Below, one piece after another: positions 26,572 through 36,268 of a stretch of DNA of 64,000 nt. The translations under genes and the position numbers were made by a program. Each line of letters begins with the position of its first letter. The first letter of the stretch is position 1. The stretch comes from a bacterium (GTDB lineage: Bacteria; Patescibacteriota; Minisyncoccia; Phycocordibacterales; CAIRYW01): assembly GCA_043744615.1 (NCBI GenBank), contig JAYTUJ010000030.1, positions 1,329 through 65,328 of the forward strand, read 5' to 3'. The notes below the pieces were generated by a model. It had not been told where the DNA came from. It did not search any database and worked only from the letters and a program-made list of their open reading frames with translations.

Positions 26572-27663
26572 TTAATTTGAAAGAAGAATCTCTGAAAGTT
26601 TTTTGAGATTGTTTAATTTGAAATCAGATTCTACACTATCTGCAGAATTAATTAATTCGTAGATTGTTTTTCCATAAGAGCTTATTAGGTTCTGATTAAT
26701 ATATGAAAGTGCAATCCCTCGAATGTTTTTTAAGCCATTATCAGTAAGCGTTGTTGCTACCATAATGCCAGTAAGTATTCCTTGTGATGAAAAAATTGCT
26801 CCTCCCGATGAACCTTTTTGTGCAAGAGTAGTTGCTTCTGTTGAAATAAGATCTTTTGTATCGTCCCCGTTTATGCCGTATAAATCAGTAATTGAAGAAT
26901 TTTCAGAAACAAATTTTAAGTTTTTATCTAATTGATCAGCAGTAATATTTTCTGAAGGATAACCACCTAATATTATTTTTTGACTGATAGAATTTTTTTC
27001 TGTTGATATGTCTGAAGAAGTTACGGGATTAACAGTATTGTTTTGAGAAGATGTTTTTAATCTTAAAAATGCATAGTCATTTGCGCCTGTTCCAACTGAA
27101 TTTAAACGAGTCAAACTATTAGAATTATTTGCCACCCATGTAGGTGATAAATATATGACATCAGCTTTGTAAGAGTTTTTTGCTGGTGAACCCGTTCTGA
27201 TATTGCAAGAATAAGAAGGTGAATTCATATAATCTTCTAATAAGACATATTCGGCAACATGGGCATTTGTTAATACGATTCCTTTTGAATTAATTACAAC
27301 GCCACTACCTGTTACCGATTCAATTAAATTACCTTTTGTTATTTTACAATAAATATTAACAACGCTATTTGTACTAGTCTCAGTTTGCCCCAGACCTTTT
27401 AGGTATTCTTCAATTTTCAGTAGACCGTCTTTATTTTCAGTTTCTACTGGTTCTGTCAGAGTTTTGTTTTGTTTAGTCGCGACAGATGTTTTTGAGGAGA
27501 TTGCAATTTTTTGTTTTGGTTTTATATTTTCAATATGAACGGGAACTATTTTAGTAGGGGAATGTTGACGTACGAGTGTTTCGTTTGTGGTCAATCCAAC
27601 AAAAGAAATAAAGTTCAATAGAATTCCTAATAAGTTTTTTATAACCACACTAGATTCTTGCAT
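26572..27663 (-). CDS. Secreted trypsin-like (S1/chymotrypsin fold) serine protease
   Basis: N-terminal signal/anchor. His motif VLTNAHV. Ser motif GSSGGAIF. Confidence 0.7.
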   Translation of the reverse strand: MQESSVVIKNLLGILLNFISFVGLTTNETLVRQHSPTKIVPVHIENIKPKQKIAISSKTSVATKQNKTLTEPVETENKDGLLKIEEYLKGLGQTETSTNSVVNIYCKITKGNLIESVTGSGVVINSKGIVLTNAHVAEYVLLEDYMNSPSYSCNIRTGSPAKNSYKADVIYLSPTWVANNSNSLTRLNSVGTGANDYAFLRLKTSSQNNTVNPVTSSDISTEKNSISQKIILGGYPSENITADQLDKNLKFVSENSSITDLYGINGDDTKDLISTEATTLAQKGSSGGAIFSSQGILTGIMVATTLTDNGLKNIRGIALSYINQNLISSYGKTIYELINSADSVESDFKLNNLKKLSEILLSN

Positions 27664-27747
27664 CTGAGTATTTTATCATAATTCATATAGATATAATTAA
27701 CATTTGTACTTTTTTACGACTTTGCTATAATTCATGTAGATTTTAGA

Positions 27748-27821
27748 GCGGGATTAGTTTAGTGGTAAAACAACAGTTTTCCAAACTGTGGTTGGGAGTT
27801 CGATTCCCCCATCCCGCACCA
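27748..27821 (+). tRNA. tRNA-Gly (anticodon TCC), CCA encoded
   Basis: Manual cloverleaf: acceptor GCGGGAT/ATCCCGC, anticodon loop tTTCCaa, T-loop TTCGATT, 3' ACCA. The T-stem has one A-C mismatch. Confidence 0.7.
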
Positions 27822-27830
27822 TTTAAAAAT

Positions 27831-27986
27831 ATGAATACAAACGGACCAGAAAATTTTCCATTAGAAGAACAAGCACTACCAGAGAGTGTTCCTGAAGCTA
27901 AACTTCCTGGGAACTTAAATGAATCTCAAAGAGGAGATCTACAACAAGCTTTAAGGGAACTGATGAACAATAGTGATATTACATAA
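27831..27986 (+). CDS. Small acidic hypothetical protein (51 aa), immediately after tRNA-Gly
   Basis: ATG at 27831, an open frame to 27986, and a strong terminator directly downstream. The longer ORF called from 27762 overlaps the tRNA and is not credible upstream of this ATG. Confidence 0.3.
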   Translation: MNTNGPENFPLEEQALPESVPEAKLPGNLNESQRGDLQQALRELMNNSDIT

Positions 27987-27989
27987 ATA

Positions 27990-28020
27990 AAAACCCCTCA
28001 TGAATGAGGGGTTTTTATTT
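27990..28020. terminator. Bidirectional rho-independent terminator between the small ORF and hup
   Basis: CCCCTCATGAATGAGGGG hairpin flanked by an A-run and a T-run. Confidence 0.6.
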
Positions 28021-28040
28021 TATCCTTTATATAGATATTT

Positions 28041-28316
28041 TTATTTCTTTACTGCGTCTTTAAGAGCTTTAGCTGCTCGGAATTTAGGAACTTTTGTGGC
28101 TGGAACTTTTACACTTTCACCTGTTCGTGGATTTCGTGCTGTCCGTGCTGCTCGAAGTTTTGCTGAGAAAATGCCGAGTCCTGCAATTGAAACTTCATCA
28201 CCTTTCTTGAGTGACTTTGTAATTGTTTCGATGATTGTCTCAACTACTTGTTCTGCTTGCACTTTTGTTCCTCCGAGTACTTGTTGTACTACTTCTGCGA
28301 GTCCTTGTTTGTTCAT
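28041..28316 (-). CDS. hup: HU-family DNA-binding protein
   Basis: GLGIFSAKLRAARTARNPRTGESVKVPA is the HU/IHF arm signature. Confidence 0.9.
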   Translation of the reverse strand: MNKQGLAEVVQQVLGGTKVQAEQVVETIIETITKSLKKGDEVSIAGLGIFSAKLRAARTARNPRTGESVKVPATKVPKFRAAKALKDAVKK

Positions 28317-28388
28317 TTTTATATTATTAATTTAATAGTTCTAATTTGATTATATGGTATAAGGTTTTTTTAGCAATAGATATAAAAT

Positions 28389-28419
28389 AAAGTGTGGAAA
28401 ACTTTGTTTTCCACACTTT
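28389..28419 (-). terminator. Rho-independent terminator downstream of rny
   Basis: 13-bp perfect inverted repeat AAGTGTGGAAAAC/GTTTTCCACACTT followed by a T-rich run on the minus strand. Confidence 0.55.
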
Positions 28420-28451
28420 ATAACATAAATTTATATTGATGCTATCTAAAA

Positions 28452-29981
28452 CTATCGAGCAAATTCAATTGAACGACTTTCCCTTACAACCATTACTCTA
28501 ATTTCTCCTGGATATTTTAGTTCATTTTCTACTCGTAATACAATATTTCGAGCCATTTCTCGAGCTTCTACATCAGAAACTTTTTCTGGATACACGAATA
28601 CTCTAATTTCTCGTCCAGCTTGTAATGCGTATGATTTTTCAACACCTGGAAATGAATTAGAAATTGCTTCGAGTTCTTGTAATCGTTTAATATAGTTTTC
28701 GATGTTGTCGTGTCGTGCACCTGGTCGTCCACCTGATATTGCATCTGCTGTTTGAACAATACGTGATTCAACAGTTTCGTATGGATATTCTTCATGATGT
28801 GCTCGCATTGCTTTGATGACATCAAGACTCACATTAAATTTTTCAAGAATTCGAATACCAATTTCTACGTGAGTTCCTTGAACTTCATGATCAAGAGCTT
28901 TTCCAATATCGTGTAACAATGCTCCTGCTTTAGAGACTTGTACATTTGCCCCAATTTCTTGTGCAATCATTCCTGCAATGTGTGCCATCTCGATTGAATG
29001 TTGCAAAACGTTTTGTCCATAACTTGTTCTAAAGTGTAATCGTCCAACGATAATAAGTAGGCGAGGATCAAGATTATAAACTCCTGCTTCAAATGCGGCT
29101 TGTTCACCCTTTTCTTTTATAATTTTATTTATTTCTTCTTTTGCCTTTTCAACTTCTTTTTCAATTTTTACTGGTTGAACTCGTCCATCTAAAATAAGAT
29201 TTTCAAGTGCAACTCGTGCAATTTGTCGTCGCACAGGGTCAAATGAAGAAATCGTAATTGTTCCTGGGGTATCGTCAACAATTACTTCTACACCGGTTTC
29301 ACGTTCAAAAGCTTTGATATTTCGGCCTTCTTTTCCGATAATCTTTCCTTTTATTTCATCAGAAGGGATACTCACTGTTGTTGTAAATACATCGTGAGAA
29401 ACCGAAGAAGCTAGTCGTTGAATAGATGTGGCAAGGATTTCCTTCGCTTTGCCCTCAAGGGTGTCATGATTAAACGTTTCGAGTTTTTTAATTCGAACCA
29501 TCAAATCTTCTTCCGAATCAACTTCTATTTTTTTAAATAACTCTTCTTTTGCTGCCTCTGTTGAAAGTTTAGCGATACGCTCAAGCTCTGCCTTTTTACT
29601 TGCTTCGTATTTTTCTGCACGTTCTTTTATCTCACGAATTTCATTCGCTTTATTTTTTAAGCTTTCTACTTCTTTATCAATATCGATTTGCCGATTATCA
29701 AGAAGTTCTTCTTTTTTGATAAGTCGATCCTCACTTTTTTTTATTTGTTCTTCTTTTTCTTTTATCTCTTCTCGTACACCTTTAAGTGTTGACGCAGCCT
29801 CTTCCTCGGCTTCAAGGGTTATCTTTTTGGCCTCTTCCTTAGCCTTGAGCATAAGATCTTTAATATCATGCTCTATTGAATCTTTCTTGCTGATTGCAAG
29901 CATGATTCGAATCATATAGCCAAGTCCGATACCTACGACTCCTGCGATAGCAATCAGGAGAAACGCGGTTGTTGTTGACAT
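28452..29981 (-). CDS. rny: Ribonuclease Y
   Basis: N-terminal TM helix and coiled coil. KH domain GKIIGKEGRNIKAFE. HD domain HSIEMAH...LLHDIGK. Confidence 0.85.
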   Translation of the reverse strand: MSTTTAFLLIAIAGVVGIGLGYMIRIMLAISKKDSIEHDIKDLMLKAKEEAKKITLEAEEEAASTLKGVREEIKEKEEQIKKSEDRLIKKEELLDNRQIDIDKEVESLKNKANEIREIKERAEKYEASKKAELERIAKLSTEAAKEELFKKIEVDSEEDLMVRIKKLETFNHDTLEGKAKEILATSIQRLASSVSHDVFTTTVSIPSDEIKGKIIGKEGRNIKAFERETGVEVIVDDTPGTITISSFDPVRRQIARVALENLILDGRVQPVKIEKEVEKAKEEINKIIKEKGEQAAFEAGVYNLDPRLLIIVGRLHFRTSYGQNVLQHSIEMAHIAGMIAQEIGANVQVSKAGALLHDIGKALDHEVQGTHVEIGIRILEKFNVSLDVIKAMRAHHEEYPYETVESRIVQTADAISGGRPGARHDNIENYIKRLQELEAISNSFPGVEKSYALQAGREIRVFVYPEKVSDVEAREMARNIVLRVENELKYPGEIRVMVVRESRSIEFAR

Positions 29982-30153
29982 GTGTTTTGCTCCGCACCCT
30001 ATTTTTCTAAAGGTATTTCAAGGATTTAACAGTAAAAATGGTTTTCGTTCGGAATTAAATGTACAGGCTAAAAAGGAAAGTGCGAAAAATTAATTTCTAA
30101 CACATTTACAATACTAGATAAAAGAGAAAATGTCTATACGAGTTGTACGATGT

Positions 30154-30726
30154 TTAGAGAACTTTGTCTATAACCCCGTATTTCTTGGCTTCGTCGGCTG
30201 ACATAAAAAAGTCTCGTTCGACGTCTTTTTGTATCTTTGCAAGTGGCTGCCCAGAGTTTTTTGCCAGTATTTTATTTAGGTTTTCTCGGGTTTTTAGGAT
30301 TTGCTTAGCGGTAATTTCAATATCTGTTGCTTGTCCTTGAGCTCCACCTGAAGGTTGGTGAATCATGATTTCAGAGTTTGGAAGTGAGTATCGTTTTCCT
30401 TTTGCTCCGGCTGACAAAATAATAGCGGCGCCTGAAGCAGCAATACCAACGCAGATTGTAGAAACATCCGGTTTAATATGGTTCATAGTGTCGAGCATTG
30501 CTAATGTTGAAGTTACTTGTCCTCCTGGTGAGTTGATATAAAGAGAGATATCTTTTTTAGGATCTTCTGATTGTAAAAAAAGAAGCTGTGCAATAACAAT
30601 ATTTGCAACATCGTCATCGATAGGGCCTCCAAGGAAAATAATTCGTTCTCGAAGCAATCGCGAGTATATGTCATAAGCTCGTTCTCCAAATTGTGATTTT
30701 TCTATTACGGTTGGGATTAACATCAT
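30154..30726 (-). CDS. clpP: ATP-dependent Clp protease proteolytic subunit
   Basis: [11 protein letters not shown]...IIFLGG...INSPGG with catalytic Ser and His context. Confidence 0.9.
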   Translation of the reverse strand: MMLIPTVIEKSQFGERAYDIYSRLLRERIIFLGGPIDDDVANIVIAQLLFLQSEDPKKDISLYINSPGGQVTSTLAMLDTMNHIKPDVSTICVGIAASGAAIILSAGAKGKRYSLPNSEIMIHQPSGGAQGQATDIEITAKQILKTRENLNKILAKNSGQPLAKIQKDVERDFFMSADEAKKYGVIDKVL

Positions 30727-30748
30727 TTTAGTATGGGTTATATTTAGT

Positions 30749-31504
30749 ATGAAGTTATATTACAATACTGTTATGCGTTTGCATAGATTTCTTATAGAAC
30801 CACAAATTACTGACATTTCAACAACATCACATGTTGTTATTAAAGACAGTGATCTTATTCATCAATTGTTGCATGTATTTCGTTATGAAGCGGGCACAGA
30901 GTTGATTATTTTTAATGGAAATGGAATCGATTATTCTGCGGTTATTGAAAGTATTGATAAAAAATCTGTAACAATAAATATCGTTTCTCAAAAAGCGAGT
31001 CAATATATTGGTAAAAGTTATATTTCATTATTTCAATCAATTACAAAATCTTCAACCTTTGATACGATTGTTGAAAAGGCAACAGAGCTTGGGGTTGGAA
31101 ATATTATTCCAATAATTTCTGAACGATCAGAACGAAAAGATATAAACAGTGAGCGCTTAAATAAAATTATTAAAGAAGCGATTGAGCAATCAGGAAGAGG
31201 GGACACTGTTACACTCCAACAACCTGTAAAGTTATTTTCATTTAATAAAGATCCTCAAGATGTTTTTGTTTTCGATATGACCGGTCAACCAATAACAAGT
31301 ATGGGAAATCTTCTTGAAATTACAAATAAAAAAGACCAATCAAAAGAAATTTCAATTTTGATTGGTCCAGAAGGGGGTTGGTCACCAGCAGAAATCTCTT
31401 GGTTTACCGAAAAGAAATTTAAAATAATTTCTTTTAATACTCCAGTTCTTCGAGCGGAAACAGCCGCTGTTTCCGCATTAGCTTTACTGCTCTGCACCCA
31501 ATAA
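30749..31504 (+). CDS. rsmE: 16S rRNA (uracil1498-N3) methyltransferase RsmE family
   Basis: N-terminal RLHRFLIEP, a PUA-like domain, and C-terminal [12 protein letters not shown]. Confidence 0.75.
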   Translation: MKLYYNTVMRLHRFLIEPQITDISTTSHVVIKDSDLIHQLLHVFRYEAGTELIIFNGNGIDYSAVIESIDKKSVTINIVSQKASQYIGKSYISLFQSITKSSTFDTIVEKATELGVGNIIPIISERSERKDINSERLNKIIKEAIEQSGRGDTVTLQQPVKLFSFNKDPQDVFVFDMTGQPITSMGNLLEITNKKDQSKEISILIGPEGGWSPAEISWFTEKKFKIISFNTPVLRAETAAVSALALLLCTQ

Positions 31505-31505
31505 T

Positions 31506-32555
31506 TTAGTTTAAAGCTTCGAGATACTGAAATACTTTTTCATTTGTAAGCATCTCTGCAACATATAATGTTGCTCGAACAATATCTGTCTCAGGATAAT
31601 GTTCTTTAATATGACCAAGTTCTTTTTCAACTTCTTCTTTTGTCGGTTCTATTTTTTCTTGTTGTGCAATTTCGTGTAAAGAAAGTTGGATTTTAACTCG
31701 TTTTATAGCATCTTTGTGCCATTCTACCCGCATATCTTCTACAGTTTTATTAATATTTTTCAGGTAGTCTTCAACTTTTAATCCCATTCGTTCTATTTGT
31801 CTGCCAAAATCAGAAACCATTCTATCGAGTTCACTTTCAATAAGAATAGAAGGTACTGCAATATCAACTTTTTCTACAAGAGCATCAACAAGTTCTTGTC
31901 GTCTTTTTTCTCGAGCTTTAATTTCTTTTTCTTGAGTTAAACTTTTTTTAATTTGTACTTTAAAATCTTCAACATCGTTAAATTCTCCGAGGGTTGCTAC
32001 AAATTCATCATTTAATTCAGGAAGAACTTCTGTGTTTTCTGACTTAGCTTTTTCTTTTTGAAGTTGTTCAATAATATGAGCCACGTCTTCAGGTGTTACT
32101 TCAATAGATTCTTTTTTAACGTTGATTTTTGCAAGAACATCTTTGTATTCGCCAACAGTAACTTTGGGCATGATTGCAGTTTTGATTGTAACTTCGAGAG
32201 GGTTTCCCTTTGCTAATTTTTTAATTGTAATTGAAGGTCGTCCAATTGCATCAATATTTTTTTCTTTTACTATATCAGAATACAGTTCACTAATTGTTAT
32301 TTCAGCAGCTTCTTCGAGAATTGCATATTCACCAATTTTCTCAATAATCATTTTTTCAGGAACATGGCCTTTTCTAAATCCGTCAACGGAAACATGATGA
32401 CTAATTCTTTCAACCGCTTTTTTCCAATTTTTTTCAAGAGCAGAAGGTTCAATAGAAACTTCAATCTCTTTTTCTGAATCTGGTAAATCTGATAAAGATA
32501 CTACGTTATAAGGTTTTTTTGTTGTTTCTGTCATATATTTTAAGTACAGAAACAA
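31506..32555 (-). CDS. tig: Trigger factor (short form; a more likely start is 7 codons in, at 32534)
   Basis: Ribosome-binding signature GFRKGHVP. Overall length ~342-349 aa against ~430 for typical trigger factor. Confidence 0.7.
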   Translation of the reverse strand: MFLYLKYMTETTKKPYNVVSLSDLPDSEKEIEVSIEPSALEKNWKKAVERISHHVSVDGFRKGHVPEKMIIEKIGEYAILEEAAEITISELYSDIVKEKNIDAIGRPSITIKKLAKGNPLEVTIKTAIMPKVTVGEYKDVLAKINVKKESIEVTPEDVAHIIEQLQKEKAKSENTEVLPELNDEFVATLGEFNDVEDFKVQIKKSLTQEKEIKAREKRRQELVDALVEKVDIAVPSILIESELDRMVSDFGRQIERMGLKVEDYLKNINKTVEDMRVEWHKDAIKRVKIQLSLHEIAQQEKIEPTKEEVEKELGHIKEHYPETDIVRATLYVAEMLTNEKVFQYLEALN

Positions 32556-32582
32556 TACATGATTTGCTTATAAAAGTAAATA

Positions 32583-32608
32583 AAAACCCCGCCAAAGGCG
32601 GGGTTTAT
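32583..32608 (-). terminator. Rho-independent terminator downstream of the FMN reductase gene
   Basis: CCCCGCC-AAAG-GCGGGG hairpin with a T-run on the minus strand. Confidence 0.55.
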
Positions 32609-32609
32609 T

Positions 32610-33128
32610 TTATTTCTTCCAATCAACAAGTTGGGCGATTAAATTTTCAACTCGTTTTAAGTAACTTTGATCAAGGATCATTCCTTTTTCATCAAATAAT
32701 TTTTCAATGTTAGAAAAATAAACAGCAAGAGGAATATTTACTAAACCATAATTAACTGCGATTTGCCGAAGTTGTTCTACTGCACGTACTCCTCCAAGAC
32801 CTCCTGAAGAAACTCCACAAAATGCAACAGGTTTTTTTGTGTACTCATCAAGCGCGGCATCTAATAATATTTTGAGTTCTCCAGGATATCCGTGATTGTA
32901 TTCTGGACTTACAATTATGAGTGCATCTGCTTTTGAAATGATTTCTCTATATGAATTTGTTTTTGGATTTGGTGTCCAAGGAGGAATCGTTGCTCCCCAC
33001 ATATAGTTTTTCACATCAATAAGTATTGTTTCGTGACCCGCTTTTTTTACTTCTTCAAAAACAAAATTTGCTGCTTTTTCTGAAAACCTCCCTTCTCGTG
33101 CTGTTCCTAAAATAACCGGAATAAACAT
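32610..33128 (-). CDS. NAD(P)H-dependent FMN reductase / flavodoxin-like fold protein
   Basis: LIIVSPEYNHGYPGELKILLD is the FMN_red signature. Confidence 0.7.
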   Translation of the reverse strand: MFIPVILGTAREGRFSEKAANFVFEEVKKAGHETILIDVKNYMWGATIPPWTPNPKTNSYREIISKADALIIVSPEYNHGYPGELKILLDAALDEYTKKPVAFCGVSSGGLGGVRAVEQLRQIAVNYGLVNIPLAVYFSNIEKLFDEKGMILDQSYLKRVENLIAQLVDWKK

Positions 33129-33130
33129 TA

Positions 33131-33412
33131 CTATTGAAGAGCTTGAAGTTCTGTATCGTTTGAAGCAAGGTCTTGATCGAGACCATTTAAGTCTGCACTC
33201 GCACTTGAGCTTGCTGTGATTTGTGTATCAGTAGATGTTGCTTTTGTAGGTTGAGGCGCAGTATTTTTTTGTTCCATGACTTTATTATCTTGGGTAGTAT
33301 AATTTATCTCTGAGTTTTTTCCAAAGAAATAAATTCCTCCACCAATTACCAAAAGAAGAAGTACAACTACCCCTACAATTGGACCTGTTGTTGATGTTTT
33401 CTGTGGTTCCAT
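33131..33412 (-). CDS. Small membrane-anchored protein with a Ser/Thr-rich tail
   Basis: 93-aa ORF with one TM helix (VVVLLLLVIGGGIYFF). Confidence 0.4.
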   Translation of the reverse strand: MEPQKTSTTGPIVGVVVLLLLVIGGGIYFFGKNSEINYTTQDNKVMEQKNTAPQPTKATSTDTQITASSSASADLNGLDQDLASNDTELQALQ

Positions 33413-33430
33413 AATGTGTGTATTATTTTA

Positions 33431-34246
33431 TTAATTTGTTACTGTCGAAGTTGTAGCAGATGTTGAAGCTGTCACTGAAGTTGAAACCTCAACTTTTTCT
33501 TTTGGCATAGATTCTCGAAGGGTTTTTACAACAAGTCTAAGGCTTTGACGTGCTTTTTCTATAAGAACTCGAATATCTTTTGCTGGAGTACTTGTTCCTG
33601 CCGCATTACTTGCTGTCTCTGCTGCACTGATTGCTACATCTGCATCAACAAGTTTTGTTTGAGCAGCTGAAACATTTACTTTTCCTTTTGCACTTACTTT
33701 ACTGATTACAAGAACAATTTTAGCTCGAAGTTCTTTTAGGTGTGCAATTCGTTCTGCAAAAATTTCTTTTTTCTTTGATTGAACTTCTTCTTTTCGTTGG
33801 TCTCTCATTTCACCAACTTTTTCTTTTTGGGTATTTTTTGAGTCTTCGATTTTCTTTCGATCCCCTTTAATTTCGTCTCTTTTTAATTTCTTTTCTTCTG
33901 CACTCATTGTAGTACTTGCACTCTTTATACTTTCTCGAGTTGTTTTGATGTCTTCTCGAATACCTTTTCTTTCAACTGTTCCTGAAGCCCTTACATTTTT
34001 TATTTCGTTTGCCGAAGTTTTTCTGATTACTTGAATATCTTTTCTAAGTTCTAGATGAGGTTTTGGGGCAGTAACGGTAGTATGTGTTTCAACTGTTGCA
34101 TCTTCAGCGTGTGCAACGAAAGCACAAGAAAGAACAGCTACAAAAGCAGTGGTTCCTAAATGTTTGTAAAACTTTTTCATAAATATTTTTTTAAATTTTA
34201 AATTACCCGATTGATAATAATATAAGTATATCAAAAAACACTCCAC
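33431..34246 (-). CDS. Secreted Lys/Glu-rich coiled-coil protein
   Basis: Signal peptide followed by a K/E-rich heptad-like sequence. Confidence 0.5.
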   Translation of the reverse strand: MECFLIYLYYYQSGNLKFKKIFMKKFYKHLGTTAFVAVLSCAFVAHAEDATVETHTTVTAPKPHLELRKDIQVIRKTSANEIKNVRASGTVERKGIREDIKTTRESIKSASTTMSAEEKKLKRDEIKGDRKKIEDSKNTQKEKVGEMRDQRKEEVQSKKKEIFAERIAHLKELRAKIVLVISKVSAKGKVNVSAAQTKLVDADVAISAAETASNAAGTSTPAKDIRVLIEKARQSLRLVVKTLRESMPKEKVEVSTSVTASTSATTSTVTN

Positions 34247-34285
34247 AATTGTGGAGTGTTTTTTGATAACTATTTTGAATACAAG

Positions 34286-34810
34286 TTACTTTGTTTTTTG
34301 TTCGATATACATTTCACAACCTCGTTTAAACGCTGTGGTTGCAGCCTCTTTTCCTTCCCAGCTAAGAATTTTTACTTCTTTCTTTTGTATATTTTTATAT
34401 GTACTAAAGAAATGCTCGATCTCTTTTATTGTGTGTTTGTTAATGTCCTTTAGATCGTGAATATCTGCAAAGCGGGGATCTTCAACGGGTACTGCAATTA
34501 TTTTTGCATCTGATTCGCCAGCATCAATCATATTCATGATTGCAACTTCTCGAACCCGAACAAGAATTCCTGGAAACAGTGGATATGTTGTGAGTAAAAC
34601 TACATCAAGAGCATCGCCATCATCCCATAATGTTTGAGGTACAAAACCATAATCAAAAGGGTAGTCTTGTGAAGTATGCATTACTCGATCAAGAGCAATC
34701 AAACCCGTTTCTTTGTCGATTTCGTATTTATTTTTTGAACCTTTATTGATTTCAATAATGGTTGTGATGTTTCCACTTTCTCCTGGTTTTAGATCGTGTA
34801 AATAATTCAT
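34286..34810 (-). CDS. ppa: Inorganic pyrophosphatase (family I)
   Basis: DDGDALDVVLL and the EVAIMNMIDAGESDAKIIAVP context. Confidence 0.85.
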   Translation of the reverse strand: MNYLHDLKPGESGNITTIIEINKGSKNKYEIDKETGLIALDRVMHTSQDYPFDYGFVPQTLWDDGDALDVVLLTTYPLFPGILVRVREVAIMNMIDAGESDAKIIAVPVEDPRFADIHDLKDINKHTIKEIEHFFSTYKNIQKKEVKILSWEGKEAATTAFKRGCEMYIEQKTK

Positions 34811-34813
34811 ATA

Positions 34814-36031
34814 TTATTCATTATTACTTGATTCAACTTCGGCAGTTGCAGTATTTGATGTTTCTGCTGGTTGCTCGATAATTTCTTCCACAACTTCTTC
34901 GTCAACAGTGTCATCTAAATTTTCTGAAGCCCCTTTAATTGATTTAATATCAATTCGTACTCCAGTTAATTTTGCAGCAAGTCGAACATTTTGTCCGCCT
35001 TTACCAATCGCAAGAGATTGTTGATCTTCGATAACAGTGACGTCCATTTTTTTCTCTGCTTCGTTCCAACTTACACTAACTACTTCTGCTGGAGATAAAG
35101 AATCTTGAACAAATTGATCAATACTTTCTGACCATTCGATAATATCAATTTTTTCTCCACCAAGCTCGCTCATTACTGTCGAAACTCGAACCCCTCGTTG
35201 TCCAACCATTGAACCAACTGGATCAATATGGCTATCTGTCGAAGAAACTGCGATTTTTGATCGTGATCCTGCTTCTCGTGCAATTGATTTAATAACAACG
35301 CTTCCTGATTTAATTTCGGGAACCTCTGCTTCAAATAATTTTGCAAGAAATTGTGGATGTGATCGTGAAAGTCGAACGAAAATTCCTCGAACACTTTCTT
35401 CTACTCGAGCAAGATATGCCCGAACTCGCTCACCTTGTTTAAGTCGTTCACCAGGAATTTGTTCTTCATATGGAAGTACTCCGATTGCTCGTCCCATATC
35501 AATGTATACACTTCCTCGTTCTTGTCGTTGAACCGTTCCAACGATAATTTCACCTTCTCGTTTGCCAAATTCATTCATTACAGAAACTTTTTCCGCTTCT
35601 CGAATTTTTTGGATAATAACTTGTTTTGCAGTTTGAGCAGCGATTCGGCCGTAATCTGTCTGTGTTTCAAGAGGAAAGACTACTTCTTCATCAAGTTTTG
35701 CGTCTTTTTTAATCATGCGAGCATCATCAAGCATAATGTGGTGTTCAGAACTAAATCGAACTCGTTCGTCGTTAGGATCTATACTTTCTTCCTCTCCTTC
35801 TTTCGAGATAATTACTCGTGATTCGTCAACAACAATTTTTACTTGAAAAAAGTCAGCTTTTCCAGAACTCAAGTCAAATGTTGCACGAATAATTTGTCCG
35901 CGTTTTCCGTATTCTTTTTTGTATGCAGTTGCAAGGGCAGATTCGATTGCCTCGATGATTCGTTCTCGGGGGATTCCACGTTCTTGTTCAAGTTGATCAA
36001 GAACAGAGTGTATTACTTTTAAGTCAAACAT
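34814..36031 (-). CDS. nusA: Transcription termination/antitermination factor NusA
   Basis: NusA N-terminal domain, S1 domain and two KH domains (GxxG motifs). Acidic C-terminal tail. Confidence 0.9.
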   Translation of the reverse strand: MFDLKVIHSVLDQLEQERGIPRERIIEAIESALATAYKKEYGKRGQIIRATFDLSSGKADFFQVKIVVDESRVIISKEGEEESIDPNDERVRFSSEHHIMLDDARMIKKDAKLDEEVVFPLETQTDYGRIAAQTAKQVIIQKIREAEKVSVMNEFGKREGEIIVGTVQRQERGSVYIDMGRAIGVLPYEEQIPGERLKQGERVRAYLARVEESVRGIFVRLSRSHPQFLAKLFEAEVPEIKSGSVVIKSIAREAGSRSKIAVSSTDSHIDPVGSMVGQRGVRVSTVMSELGGEKIDIIEWSESIDQFVQDSLSPAEVVSVSWNEAEKKMDVTVIEDQQSLAIGKGGQNVRLAAKLTGVRIDIKSIKGASENLDDTVDEEVVEEIIEQPAETSNTATAEVESSNNE

Positions 36032-36209
36032 ATATTTGTTTTTTTATTGTGGCAGAATATTGCCACCTCTATTAAAAAAGTAAGCTCGCTCCCAGAAACT
36101 GAGGCGAACTTGACTTAAATAATATTATAGCATGAAAAAGGTTCGAGGGGCAAGGGAAAGGGTTTCCCCGTGTGGGTTATTTTTGAGAAATTATCACAGT
36201 GATAGGAGA

Positions 36210-36266
36210 TAAAAAAAGACCCTCACCTGACAGAAAGGCGGGGCCTGTTCTGTTGGGTGAGGGAGG
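36210..36266 (-). terminator. Rho-independent terminator downstream of the 36269-36673 ORF
   Basis: Minus strand reads CCCTCACC...GGTGAGGG then TCTTTTTTT. Confidence 0.5.
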
Positions 36267-36268
36267 GA

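Noticed and set aside
27762-27830. ORF called from 27762 that overlaps the tRNA-Gly(TCC) gene
   Set aside because: The 5' part is the tRNA itself. Only the portion from the ATG at 27831 could be coding.
36140-36200. 26-codon plus-strand ORF MKKVRGARERVSPCGLFLRNYHSDRR in the nusA upstream region
   Set aside because: Too short, and it lies in a G-rich structured spacer. It is more likely part of a leader or terminator structure than a gene.
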